From: an uncultured Anaerolineales bacterium
GTDB lineage: Bacteria; Chloroflexota; Anaerolineae; Anaerolineales; RBG-16-64-43
NCBI GenBank assembly: GCA_964521085.1
Contig: CAZFPL010000002.1
Coordinates: 2,044 to 66,043 of the forward strand
Length of the DNA stretch: 64,000 nt
Direction of reading: 5' to 3'
The translations under genes were made by a program, and so were the position numbers. Every line of letters starts with the position of its first letter. Within the stretch, counting starts at the first letter, position 1. The notes below the pieces were generated by a model. That model ran no database searches. It had not been told where the DNA came from and was given only the letters and a program-made list of their open reading frames with translations. Shown here piece after piece: positions 16,841 through 25,899 of the stretch.

Positions 16841-19054
16841 CTACTCGATCACTTGAATTGGCGCGGCGTCGGCATCCAAACGCTTGAGCCCCGCCGTCTC
16901 GAATTCCACCGTGAGAATTTCGTCCTCGCCGTGAATCTGGCTTTCGAGAATCATACCCTCGCCGAAGCGCTCGTGCCGGACGCGCATCCCGCTGCGAAAG
17001 CGGGATTCCCGCGGTGCGGAAACCGAGGAAGGTTCGCGCAGCGGCGTTTCCACGTTCCGGCGGAAGGGGTAGGTCCGCCCGGCGGATTCTTCCACGCCCA
17101 GCAGGTGCGGGGGAATGTCGCGCAGGAAACGCGATTCGTCCATCAATCCGCCGCCGGCGCCGGCCGAGCGCCGGAAGGCGCGCACCAAAAACAGGCGGTC
17201 CATCGCGCGTGTGATGCCCACATAAAGCAGGCGCCGCTCCTCGGCCATCGCCTCCGGATCGTCCATCGAGCGGACGTGCGGGAGCAACCCGTCGTCGAGC
17301 CCGACGATGAACACCACCGGAAACTCCAAACCCTTGGCGGCATGCAGGGTCAGGAGCACCGGCGCATCCTGCTTTTCGGTGAGCGTATCCTGGTCGGAGA
17401 CGAGTGCGATTTCCTCCAGGAAGCGGTCCAGTGGAATCTCCTCGAACTCCTCGGTCACCGCCATCAGTTCTTCCACGTTCTCCCAGCGCTCGTCGCCTTC
17501 CTCGGATCCGGTTTGCAGGAATTCACGGTATTGGATGTCCTTCAGGATTCGGCGCAGCAGGTCCGGAATTTTTTCCTTCTCCGCCGCCGCACGCCAATCG
17601 GCAAGCAACCGCCCGAATGCGGCGAAGGAGGGAGCGGCGCGGGGCGGAAGGAGCGGAGCGAGCTCCGTCATCAATGCCGCATCGGCCATGGATAGGAGCA
17701 GCATGCCCGGCAGCATGCCTTGGCGCGCCGCGGACGAGATCAGCGCGGCGTAGGCCTTATCGCCGATCCCGCGCGTCGGGGTGTTGATCACGCGCGAAAG
17801 GCTGATCGCGTCGGCCGGGTTGTAAACCAGCCGCAGGTAGGCAAGCGCGTCCTTCACCTCGCGCCGTCCGTAGAACCGCTGCGCGCCGACCAGCCGGTAG
17901 GGCAGGTTGGCGCGGACGAACTCCTCTTCCAGCGCGCGGGATTGCGCGTTGGTGCGGTACATCACCGCGCAATCGCCGGGGCGGATCGCGCGCTCTCCCT
18001 CGGCGGGAGGGGAGGCGGTCAATTCGGAAATCGTATCCACCACGAACCGCGCTTCGTCGTTCTCGTCGTAGGCTTCGCGCAAGACAAGCTTCGGCCCCGC
18101 GCCGCGCCGGGTGAAGAGGTTCTTATCCACCCGCCCGCGGTTGACGCGGATCACACCCATCGCCGCATCAAGCACGTTCTGCACGGACCGGTAATTTTCT
18201 TCGAGAAGAAATGTGCGCGCGTCGGAAAAATCCTTCTGGAACCGCTGCACGTTGCGGTAATCCGCGCCGCGCCAGCGGTAGATCGACTGGTCCGCGTCGC
18301 CCACCACGTATAGGTTCCGCCGCCGCGCCGCAAGCAGCTGCACCAGCGTATATTGCACCTCGTTCGTATCCTGGAATTCGTCGACCAGGATGTGGACGTA
18401 GCGGTCCTGGTAGCGGGCGAGGATTTCGGGGTGATCCCGGAACAGGCCCACGGTCTTCAACAACAGGTCGTCGAAATCGGCGGCCCGGCTGGTGGTGAGC
18501 AGTTCCTGGTAGCGGCGGTAGGTTTTGGCGGCGACGCGTTCGAACGGCGTGAGGTTCGGGAACTTGTCGGGCCCGAGCATCTCGTTCTTGGCGCGCGAGA
18601 TCGCGCTTTGCACGGCCGACGGAGAATACTGCTTGACGTTGATGTCCAAGTCCGTCATCGCCTGCTTGACCGCGCGCTCGGAATCGTCATCGTCGAAGAT
18701 CACATACTCGCGCGGCAGGCCGACCGCTTCGCCGTCGCGGCGCAGCCAGCGGGCGCACAGCGAATGGAACGTCCCGACCGAGAGGTTGCGCAGGTCGTAT
18801 CCCCCCGCGGCGCGCGAATCCTCCGCGGCCAGCACGCGTTCGATGCGTTCGCGCATCTCGCGCGCCGCCTTGTTGGTGAAGGTGACGGCCAGGATCTGCT
18901 GCGGCGTTATGCCGGCGCGCAGGACAAGGTGGGCGAAACGCAGGGAAAGCACCCGCGTCTTGCCGCTTCCCGGCCCGGCCACCACCAGCACCGGGCCGTC
19001 GCCGCATTCCACAGCTTCGCGCTGTTGGGGATTCAGTGAATCCAGATAATTCAT
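16841..19054 (-). CDS. pcrA: ATP-dependent DNA helicase PcrA/UvrD (SF1)
   Basis: ORF track gives 16841..19183, trimmed to ATG 19054 (MNYLDSLNPQQREAV, the canonical N-terminus). Motifs AGPGSGKT, VDEFQDTN, TLHAAKGLEF and a C-terminal Tudor-like GMRVRHERFGEG are present. Confidence 0.9.
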   Translation of the reverse strand: MNYLDSLNPQQREAVECGDGPVLVVAGPGSGKTRVLSLRFAHLVLRAGITPQQILAVTFTNKAAREMRERIERVLAAEDSRAAGGYDLRNLSVGTFHSLCARWLRRDGEAVGLPREYVIFDDDDSERAVKQAMTDLDINVKQYSPSAVQSAISRAKNEMLGPDKFPNLTPFERVAAKTYRRYQELLTTSRAADFDDLLLKTVGLFRDHPEILARYQDRYVHILVDEFQDTNEVQYTLVQLLAARRRNLYVVGDADQSIYRWRGADYRNVQRFQKDFSDARTFLLEENYRSVQNVLDAAMGVIRVNRGRVDKNLFTRRGAGPKLVLREAYDENDEARFVVDTISELTASPPAEGERAIRPGDCAVMYRTNAQSRALEEEFVRANLPYRLVGAQRFYGRREVKDALAYLRLVYNPADAISLSRVINTPTRGIGDKAYAALISSAARQGMLPGMLLLSMADAALMTELAPLLPPRAAPSFAAFGRLLADWRAAAEKEKIPDLLRRILKDIQYREFLQTGSEEGDERWENVEELMAVTEEFEEIPLDRFLEEIALVSDQDTLTEKQDAPVLLTLHAAKGLEFPVVFIVGLDDGLLPHVRSMDDPEAMAEERRLLYVGITRAMDRLFLVRAFRRSAGAGGGLMDESRFLRDIPPHLLGVEESAGRTYPFRRNVETPLREPSSVSAPRESRFRSGMRVRHERFGEGMILESQIHGEDEILTVEFETAGLKRLDADAAPIQVIE

Positions 19055-19216
19055 CTGTGTGTCTATCCGGCGCTCATTCGATTTTGATCGTGAGGTTGTA
19101 CCATAAACCGGATTCGAATTCCACAGGCAGGACATCGTTAAAAAACCGGGAATGCGCTCCGGCATCCAAGAAGAAGACAGCAACGCGCCGCTCTTCCCGG
19201 CAGCCCGCCGACATAA

Positions 19217-20560
19217 TCATGCGGATTTGACTGCTGCGGGATCCTTCGGACTCACCGAAGCATTCGGCGTGTTCTGTTCCAGGGAAATGATCGCCGGCGA
19301 GGCAAAAGATAATCCGGCGGCGATCAGGCAGACAATTCCGGCGAATAGGAAAAGCAGCGGGACTCCGAATTGATCCGCAAACAATCCACCGAAGATCATG
19401 CCGAAGGGGACCACCATCGTGACCAGACTCATGAACACAGAGATAACCCGCCCCTGCATCCCGGGGTCGATCGCCGATTGGAAGATTGCGAAGATCGGAC
19501 CGTCGACCAGTGATCCCATCACACCCGTCACCGCGATGGCCGCGAGAGCCATCACAAGCAGATTGGAGGGAGTCAGGCCGATCAGCAGCAGGCCGACTCC
19601 CAGTCCCGTCAGGCCGCAAAGAACCGTTACGATCCTGCGCCGGAAGCCGCCCCAGATCGAGAGCAGCAGACCGCCCGCAACCGTTCCGACTCCGGAAGCG
19701 GCATCCAGCCAGCCCATCTCCAATACGCCGCCGCCGAAATGTTTCACTGCAAGTATCGGCAGCAGCGAAAACGCCGGATTGAGAAAGAACTTCACAACAA
19801 CAGCCACCACGATTATCAGCATCCCGCCCTTCCAGGCGCGGATATATCGGAAACCCGAGCGCATGTCATCCAGCAGGTTCTTTGGGGATTCGCCCGGGTG
19901 CTCTTTCCTCGGCGCCGGCTGAGGCACGCCGATCACAAGAAGCGGCAGCACCGCCAGCGCCGCGGTGATGAGATCCACCGCAAGCACCCACTGCATCGGC
20001 AGGGCCATCACCAGCAGCGCGCCCGTCGGCGGTGCCACAATTCCGAGCAGCCCGTAGAGTGTTTGATTCAACCCGCCGACCCGCGCCAGATGCCGCTTGG
20101 GCACCATCAACGAAGTGGAGGCCTGCATCGCCGGCCACTGGAATGAGCCCGCCGTCGCGCGCAGGAACATAGCCGCATAAACGTGCCCCACCTGCATCCA
20201 ACCCATGGCGAAGAGAATCATCAGCCACAGAGTGATGAGGGCAACCAGGAAGTCGGCAATGACCATGATCCAGCGGCGGCTGTGGCGGTCTATGAATGCG
20301 CCCGCCAGCGGGCCGATCAGCACCGTCGGCAGCAAAGCCACGAGCGTGCCGATGGCCAGCACGGTGGCCGAGCCGGTCCGGGCGGTAAGCCACCAAACCA
20401 GGGCGAACTGCACCAGCATCGAACCGAAAATCGAGAAGGCCTGGCCGCCCCAGATGATGGAAAATCGGATTAACCAGTTTTTCGGCAAAGAGGCTTCCAT
20501 ATCGCTGTTCAAATTCGACGGTGTCCTTTTTCTGTGGATTAAGGATGGCGAAGGAATCAC
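19217..20560 (-). CDS. MFS transporter (12-TM, EntS/MFS_3-like)
   Basis: 447 aa and highly hydrophobic throughout, with about 12 predicted helices and an FIDRHSRR loop motif between TM2 and TM3. The alternative start ATG 20500 (MEASLPKNW) is possible. Confidence 0.75.
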   Translation of the reverse strand: MIPSPSLIHRKRTPSNLNSDMEASLPKNWLIRFSIIWGGQAFSIFGSMLVQFALVWWLTARTGSATVLAIGTLVALLPTVLIGPLAGAFIDRHSRRWIMVIADFLVALITLWLMILFAMGWMQVGHVYAAMFLRATAGSFQWPAMQASTSLMVPKRHLARVGGLNQTLYGLLGIVAPPTGALLVMALPMQWVLAVDLITAALAVLPLLVIGVPQPAPRKEHPGESPKNLLDDMRSGFRYIRAWKGGMLIIVVAVVVKFFLNPAFSLLPILAVKHFGGGVLEMGWLDAASGVGTVAGGLLLSIWGGFRRRIVTVLCGLTGLGVGLLLIGLTPSNLLVMALAAIAVTGVMGSLVDGPIFAIFQSAIDPGMQGRVISVFMSLVTMVVPFGMIFGGLFADQFGVPLLFLFAGIVCLIAAGLSFASPAIISLEQNTPNASVSPKDPAAVKSA

Positions 20561-20596
20561 TTATCGGAATAGATGGTGCATCTCTTCGGAAGTTGT

Positions 20597-21013
20597 TCAC
20601 CACCCGCGCAAACTGAGTGGCTTGATCCGGATCGAAACGGAATATTCCCGGGCGAATTCCTCCGGCGTCATTTCCAACTCGCGGATTCCCTTCCGGTATT
20701 TCTTCAGGTACGCCGGCATCTTGTCCGCCGGAGGGGTCTTCGGATCCGCCGCCGCCTCGCCGAGGAGGACCGCCACATGACTGCCATCCTCATCCGTGTT
20801 GAGGTGAAAGGCAACCTTCGGATGGCCGGCGATGTGGGCGATCTTCCGCGCCTTGGCCTGGCTGTAAATCAGGATCGTCCCGCCGTCCCACAGGAACCAC
20901 ACCGGCCGCGGCTGCGGGGTCAAATCCGCCCCGACGGTGACCAGCCAGGCGACGCGCTCCTTGACCAGCCGGCGGTTGACTTTTTTCGCGAATTTCTCAT
21001 TCCAATCGATCAT
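20597..21013 (-). CDS. Pyridoxamine 5'-phosphate oxidase-family (PPOX class, probably F420/FMN-binding) protein
   Basis: 138 aa. NRRLVKERVAWLVTVGADLTPQPRPVWFLWDGGTILIYS is the typical split-barrel PPOX N-terminal pattern. Confidence 0.6.
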   Translation of the reverse strand: MIDWNEKFAKKVNRRLVKERVAWLVTVGADLTPQPRPVWFLWDGGTILIYSQAKARKIAHIAGHPKVAFHLNTDEDGSHVAVLLGEAAADPKTPPADKMPAYLKKYRKGIRELEMTPEEFAREYSVSIRIKPLSLRGW

Positions 21014-21028
21014 GGGAACCTCCTGAGT

Positions 21029-21231
21029 ATGTCATTCCGAGGGGTCTGTAGACCCCTCGGAATCGGTGGCGCGTGGATGCACAATGCGAACTAAAAGGAT
21101 GTCGATTTTACATCCATCCGTCACCGATCCCTTCCCTCGCTCCGCTCGGGACAGGCACGCCTTCGCCCTTCGGGATGACACACGGAGTATGTCATCCCGA
21201 GCCCGAGCCTTGGGCGAGGGCGAGGGATCGG
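21029..21231. repeat. Three further copies of the TGTCAYYCCGAG...CGGRRTCGG palindromic repeat
   Basis: 21029-21066 has a perfect 13-bp stem (ATTCCGAGGGGTC/GACCCCTCGGAAT). 21124-21180 is an inverted copy with a longer loop. 21189-21231 is a direct copy. Copies 2 and 3 are head-to-head, 8 nt apart. Confidence 0.85.
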
Positions 21232-21247
21232 TAACGCTTGGATCTAC

Positions 21248-22030
21248 TCACGGACTCCATCCGGGGTTGTCCAGCGTCACAACCCTCGGAGTTTTTTGCG
21301 TTGCTAAATCGGCCGCCGCCACCGTCATGGATCCGGAGGCAATCCGTTCGTTGGACGCGTTCAGCAATGCCGCAAGAACCTCCGTTTGTGTCGGATCGCC
21401 GTGGGCGGGAATGATGATCTTGGCCTCCAACCGGTGGACGATTTCACCCGCCTCCCCCGCCGATAATTTTTCGTATCCGTTCCCGATCATTTGGATGATC
21501 AATATGTCCACTTTCCCGATCGCCGCGAACATCTCCGCGCTTGGAACATCCGCCTGGGAAGCAAATTGCGCCAGGCGAATTCCGTCCATGTCGAAAACGA
21601 AGATGACATTCGTCGTTGTCGTGTCGCCCTTGTTGTGATGGCCCGCCGCGCCGATGATGTGGATTCCATTCATGGAGTATTCACCAGGCTCCTGAATGGG
21701 ATCCACCGCGGGTTGAATGTGCCGAAGGTCGTTGTGGTCGCCGTGATCATGGCTGATCGTAACGATGTCCGCCGGAACGTCTTCGTTCATCCCGAAGGGA
21801 TCGGTGACGATGATCACGTTCCGGGAGGTCACGATTTTAAAACACGTGAAGTTGCCGGGATACTTTTTGATCGTCACGCGGACGGGAAGCGGTGTCTCGG
21901 AAGGCGCTTCCGCGGCAGGGGTATCGGAAGGAACCGCCGCCGGTAGGACCGTCGTCGTACATCCCGCAAGAAATCCGACAGCAAGAAACCAATGCCACAC
22001 TTCAAGCCGCATCGATCGCACTCCTAACAT
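21248..22030 (-). CDS. MBL-fold metallo-hydrolase, probable lipoprotein
   Basis: 260 aa. Signal peptide with LAGC lipobox, HDHGDH zinc motif and AAGHHNKGD. It looks like the UlaG/YtnP-type small MBL fold. Confidence 0.7.
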   Translation of the reverse strand: MLGVRSMRLEVWHWFLAVGFLAGCTTTVLPAAVPSDTPAAEAPSETPLPVRVTIKKYPGNFTCFKIVTSRNVIIVTDPFGMNEDVPADIVTISHDHGDHNDLRHIQPAVDPIQEPGEYSMNGIHIIGAAGHHNKGDTTTTNVIFVFDMDGIRLAQFASQADVPSAEMFAAIGKVDILIIQMIGNGYEKLSAGEAGEIVHRLEAKIIIPAHGDPTQTEVLAALLNASNERIASGSMTVAAADLATQKTPRVVTLDNPGWSP

Positions 22031-22031
22031 T

Positions 22032-22063
22032 TGTCACTCCGAGGCCGAAGGCCGAGGAGTCGG
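22032..22063. repeat. Seventh copy of the palindromic repeat family
   Basis: TGTCACTCCGAGGCCGAAGGCCGAGGAGTCGG lies immediately upstream of the MBL start codon and downstream of the GH5 stop. Confidence 0.75.
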
Positions 22064-22120
22064 TGAGTCCTTCGATAATTCGATCTTGCCTGACCCATTC
22101 GCAACCGATTCCGCCCGCCT

Positions 22121-23989
22121 TTACTTCGGCCGGATCCGAATAGTGTGAATCTCCCGCCCGGCGGTGTGCGAATACTCCAGCGTCTGGTTTTCCGAATCCA
22201 ATTTGAAGGTTCCGTCGGAGACTTGAACCTCCACCCCGTTTGGATATTGGAACTTGGGAACGTAGATCTCCGTCGGCGCGGTAGCTTTGGGATCGTGCCG
22301 GAAAGAACATTCAAACGTCCGTTTGCGAAGATTAAAGCCCATGCGTACCAGCGCCCCCGCAACCGCGCGCGCATACGGCCGCGCCACCGCTTCGAGCGCA
22401 CGCCCACCTGAGTTCACGTCCTTCGGGTCGCGCCGCTGGTCGCGGCTGAAGATCGAAAGATCCTCGTCGTTCCAGCCATCGCCGTGCGCGTTGGTGTTGT
22501 CGGCGGTGTAATTCCAGATCGTCCCTGACAGCAGCGTGTCGTCCAGCGCGCGCAGCATGCGGTCCATCGCCCCGATCTGCTTCCGGAAATCCCCCGTCTG
22601 GTACGCCCGTTTGTTCTGCATATCGTACGCGATGCCGAATTCGCCGATCAACACCGGCGGATTGCCCAGGTGCTCAGCCGCCTGGCAGCGGTATCGGTTC
22701 AACTGCCCGGCGAACGAACGCCGGATGTACCACGGCGAGATAATCAGCCCGCCGGTGTGTATATTGGAAGCCAGCCAATTCGAAAAATTTTTAAACAAAA
22801 GTACGTACCCGTCGTACCAATGCGGAGCGTAAACGATGTCCGGTGCCTGCCACTCGGGCGGCGGGTTTCCCGGCGAGCTTTCCAGGAAAATCATCGTCTT
22901 CGGATCCACCGCGCGGATCGCCTCGGTAAAGCGGCGCGCGAAGGGCAGGTAGTAATCCTGCGAGAAATTCACCCGCCTCCCGTTCCGGACCGCGAAATGA
23001 TCCGGCCGCAGGCAGCGCGGGTTGCCGTCCGCACCCACATCCCACACTCCGTGTTCGCGCCAGATGCATTCCTTTCCCGGTCGCCAGGCGGTGACGCGCT
23101 TCTCGTTCATGATGCAGCTGCCCGTGCGCCGGAATCCCGCGGGGCTGGTTTCCCACACTTCGACCGCCTGCGAATAGCCCGATCCGAGCAGCAAGGATTG
23201 GTACGGGCTCGGCATCGGGCCGACTTTTACGTTTCCGCCCGGCAGGCGCAAATCCTCCCAAGCGATGAACCCTTTCCCGGGTTCGTTCAGCGTATCATAC
23301 CCAACCACGTTGGGCAGATCCTTCAACCGCCTGGCCAGGTGGCAGACGGCGTCGATGTAGTGCCGTTGCAGGAAATCCTGGACCGGCTCGCCTTCGATCC
23401 GTGTGGCGGGCGCGAAATCGTTCCCGCCGAAGAAGAGGGTGAACATCGTACCGGTGGCCAATTTGCTTTCGTTGGCCGGCCAGATCATCCGCGGCAGCGG
23501 GCCTTCGTAATATTGATGCAGCACTGCCGCGCCCGATTCATGCAGGCGGGAAATATCAAGCCCGATGGACTCGAGTGTCCATCCCGGCGCTCCGTCGCCT
23601 CCGGAAAACCGGCTCCACATGTCCTGATGCGGATCGATGTAAATGGAGAATCCATACCGGCCCGCCTTTTCCACTACTGCCCGGACATACTCGATGTATT
23701 CCTCATCGTACTCACCGGGTCCGGCATGCTCAATCGCCTCCCAGGTGACGAGGAGGCGCAGGAAGTTGAATCCCCACGATTTCAAACGGCCGAGATGCTC
23801 GTCCGCTTCCTCCAACGGGAACGGCCGGCCGACAAAGGATAGATTGCGGTGATCGAGGAAACCTTCGCGCTGATACGTGGCGCCGTTTGGCCGATACGGC
23901 ACCTTTGTGCTTCCTCCCAGATTAACTCCCCGCAACAGCAGGGTGCGGTCATGCTCGTCGGTAAAGTGGGGTCCGGTGATCCGTATCAT
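22121..23989 (-). CDS. Glycoside hydrolase family 5 protein (cellulase superfamily, endoglycoceramidase-like) with C-terminal extension
   Basis: 622 aa. Acid/base motif YDTLNEPG and nucleophile motif VLIGEFGI are present. N-terminal RGVNLGG...FNFLRLLVTWE is typical of the GH5 (beta/alpha)8 barrel. No signal peptide is visible. Confidence 0.8.
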   Translation of the reverse strand: MIRITGPHFTDEHDRTLLLRGVNLGGSTKVPYRPNGATYQREGFLDHRNLSFVGRPFPLEEADEHLGRLKSWGFNFLRLLVTWEAIEHAGPGEYDEEYIEYVRAVVEKAGRYGFSIYIDPHQDMWSRFSGGDGAPGWTLESIGLDISRLHESGAAVLHQYYEGPLPRMIWPANESKLATGTMFTLFFGGNDFAPATRIEGEPVQDFLQRHYIDAVCHLARRLKDLPNVVGYDTLNEPGKGFIAWEDLRLPGGNVKVGPMPSPYQSLLLGSGYSQAVEVWETSPAGFRRTGSCIMNEKRVTAWRPGKECIWREHGVWDVGADGNPRCLRPDHFAVRNGRRVNFSQDYYLPFARRFTEAIRAVDPKTMIFLESSPGNPPPEWQAPDIVYAPHWYDGYVLLFKNFSNWLASNIHTGGLIISPWYIRRSFAGQLNRYRCQAAEHLGNPPVLIGEFGIAYDMQNKRAYQTGDFRKQIGAMDRMLRALDDTLLSGTIWNYTADNTNAHGDGWNDEDLSIFSRDQRRDPKDVNSGGRALEAVARPYARAVAGALVRMGFNLRKRTFECSFRHDPKATAPTEIYVPKFQYPNGVEVQVSDGTFKLDSENQTLEYSHTAGREIHTIRIRPK

Positions 23990-24460
23990 TTTGCAGCTCC
24001 TTTATAGTTTTACGGGCGGAGGTGAAGCGCGGCATTTCGGGATCGGGAAATATGACTGTTCCAATTTCTCCCACTACTGTACACCAAAATTCAAACTTTG
24101 GAAGGAGTTCCCCGTGTCCGTCGGCAAGAAAAAGATGGTACGCGAACCTCAAAAAGGAAATTGGAACATGAAATAATTCGGCTTCCGAATACGCATTCAT
24201 CAGAAGTCGCAGGAATAATGACGAAAATAATTGCTGGATCCGACACGGGAATTTTCTGGCTGACATCGGATGGACCAGGCGCGCTCCTTTGGACAGGCAT
24301 TCCGGATGGGCGGAGTAGAAAATTATTGTCTGAGATTGCGGGGACTTGCTTTTTCCTTCGCGCATCGGGGATAGCGGAAAAGAAAAGGCGCTCCTTCATC
24401 CTCCGGCATCTGACAGCCGGGGGCGCGAAGGAACGCCGTGGGGATCGGTGCAAGGATTGC

Positions 24461-24865
24461 TTAATGGGTGCGCTTCAGTTCATCCTTGAATACCGCCGAG
24501 AGGACCATATTGACAATCGCCACGATCACGGCGCCCAGGAATGCGGCGACAAAATCAGCTTTGAAACCAAAACCGATCAATCCGCCGATCTGTCCGGTCA
24601 GCCAGAAGAGGAACGTGTTGATCAGCAGCGTGAACAGGCCGAGGGTGACCAGGATGAACGGGCAGGTCAGGATTTTCAAGACAGGCGCCACAAGCGCGTT
24701 GACCAATCCGAAGATCAGCGCAAGGACGAGAATGGCCAGCCAATTGGCGGACTCTATGACGAGTCCCTGCCCCGGCCGGAGGGCGCTGTAGATTACCGGT
24801 ACCAAGCGGATGGCCACATAGATCGCGACCGCATTAATTCCCAATCGAACGAGAAACCGGGTCAT
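24461..24865 (-). CDS. DUF360 / phage-holin-4_2-family small membrane protein
   Basis: ORF track gives 24461..24898. ATG 24865 overlaps the GNAT stop as ATGA. The protein has four TM helices and an INAVAIYVA...LVNALVAPVLKILTCPFILVTLGLFTLLIN pattern. Confidence 0.65.
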   Translation of the reverse strand: MTRFLVRLGINAVAIYVAIRLVPVIYSALRPGQGLVIESANWLAILVLALIFGLVNALVAPVLKILTCPFILVTLGLFTLLINTFLFWLTGQIGGLIGFGFKADFVAAFLGAVIVAIVNMVLSAVFKDELKRTH

Positions 24866-25848
24866 GGGACACCTCCAAGAATAGTATATCGCATCCATAT
24901 GAATGTACGTCTTTTCTGGAATCCGAGTTTTACCAGGGAATCAACCGAAACCTCCGGCGTCGTCTCGAGCAGGACGCCCTTGTCCGGTGGAAAAACCTTC
25001 CAGGCCGCATCCAGCAGCGCCTGTTCCACCTGCCCGCTTGTTCCCCCGCGCTGGATCAGCGCCCCTTCCCACCCGGAAAAATGGGTGTACGCCGCGAGGG
25101 AGGCTTCCACTCTGCCGCCGCACCGGGCGAGAAAATGTCTCTCTATCTCTCCGGCCAGCAACCCTTCGATCAATTTCCAAAAGGAGGTCCGAAAGGCGTT
25201 TTCCGTCAGGGGAGTGTTCCATGCGGTACCGTACGGGCTGACTTCCTGATAAAGGGCGTATTCCTCTCCCCACTCGGAGGATTTCCGGATCGAGATCCGG
25301 CAGGGCGCAGCGGCAACCTCTTCCGGCCGCGGGGCTTTCTTTTCCTCCCGGCCGCGCAGCCAGGAAATCCGCCCCCCGATTTCATCAAATCCAAGCTCTC
25401 GGTAAATCCGCACCGCCGATTCATTGACCGCGTCCACCTGCAGATAAATCGTCCGGCCGCCCTCGGCGCGGATGACGTCCATTGCATGCTTTGCCAGATC
25501 CCGGGCGATACCCTTGCGGCGGAAATTTGGATGGACGGCCACATTCGAGATCAACCAGGCTCCGTTTTCCGGCGCGCGATGGGTGAGGGTGGCGTTGCCC
25601 ACGATCTTTCCCTCCTCCTCCCATACCGAGCCGAACGCCCATTCATCCGGCGACACGCCGCCGATAATCCGCGAGAGGGTCCAGGCTGCGCCGCCCCTTT
25701 CGGCGATCCAGCGCACATCCCGCAGCGCTTTTCGGGAGGAAAAATCCAACACTGCGGAAAAGCACAATTCCACCAGCTGGGTGATTTGCGGCACGTCCTG
25801 CGGAAAGCGCGCCCGTCGCGGGCCAGAGGGCGGTTCAGAGGTTGTCAT
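24862..25848 (-). CDS. GNAT-family N-acetyltransferase (N-terminal GNAT domain plus ~150-aa second domain)
   Basis: 328 aa. Acetyl-CoA motif A, VAVHPNFRRKGIARDL, is followed by LQVDAVNESAVRIYRELGF. Confidence 0.75.
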   Translation of the reverse strand: MTTSEPPSGPRRARFPQDVPQITQLVELCFSAVLDFSSRKALRDVRWIAERGGAAWTLSRIIGGVSPDEWAFGSVWEEEGKIVGNATLTHRAPENGAWLISNVAVHPNFRRKGIARDLAKHAMDVIRAEGGRTIYLQVDAVNESAVRIYRELGFDEIGGRISWLRGREEKKAPRPEEVAAAPCRISIRKSSEWGEEYALYQEVSPYGTAWNTPLTENAFRTSFWKLIEGLLAGEIERHFLARCGGRVEASLAAYTHFSGWEGALIQRGGTSGQVEQALLDAAWKVFPPDKGVLLETTPEVSVDSLVKLGFQKRRTFIWMRYTILGGVP

Positions 25849-25899
25849 TGCGGGAAAGGGAAGGGAAAACGAGCAACGGTACCGGTGCGGAGTGGATCA

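Noticed and set aside
19217-20560. The MFS transporter as the missing glycan flippase or exporter.
   Set aside because: It lies about 4 kb outside the locus, separated by unrelated genes. It has MFS (12-TM, EntS-like) rather than MOP/Wzx features, and there is no evidence of linkage.
16641-22063. The palindromic repeats as a CRISPR array.
   Set aside because: There are only 1-3 copies per site, in mixed orientation and at irregular spacing. The internal stems vary, there are no unique spacers of constant length, and no cas genes are present.
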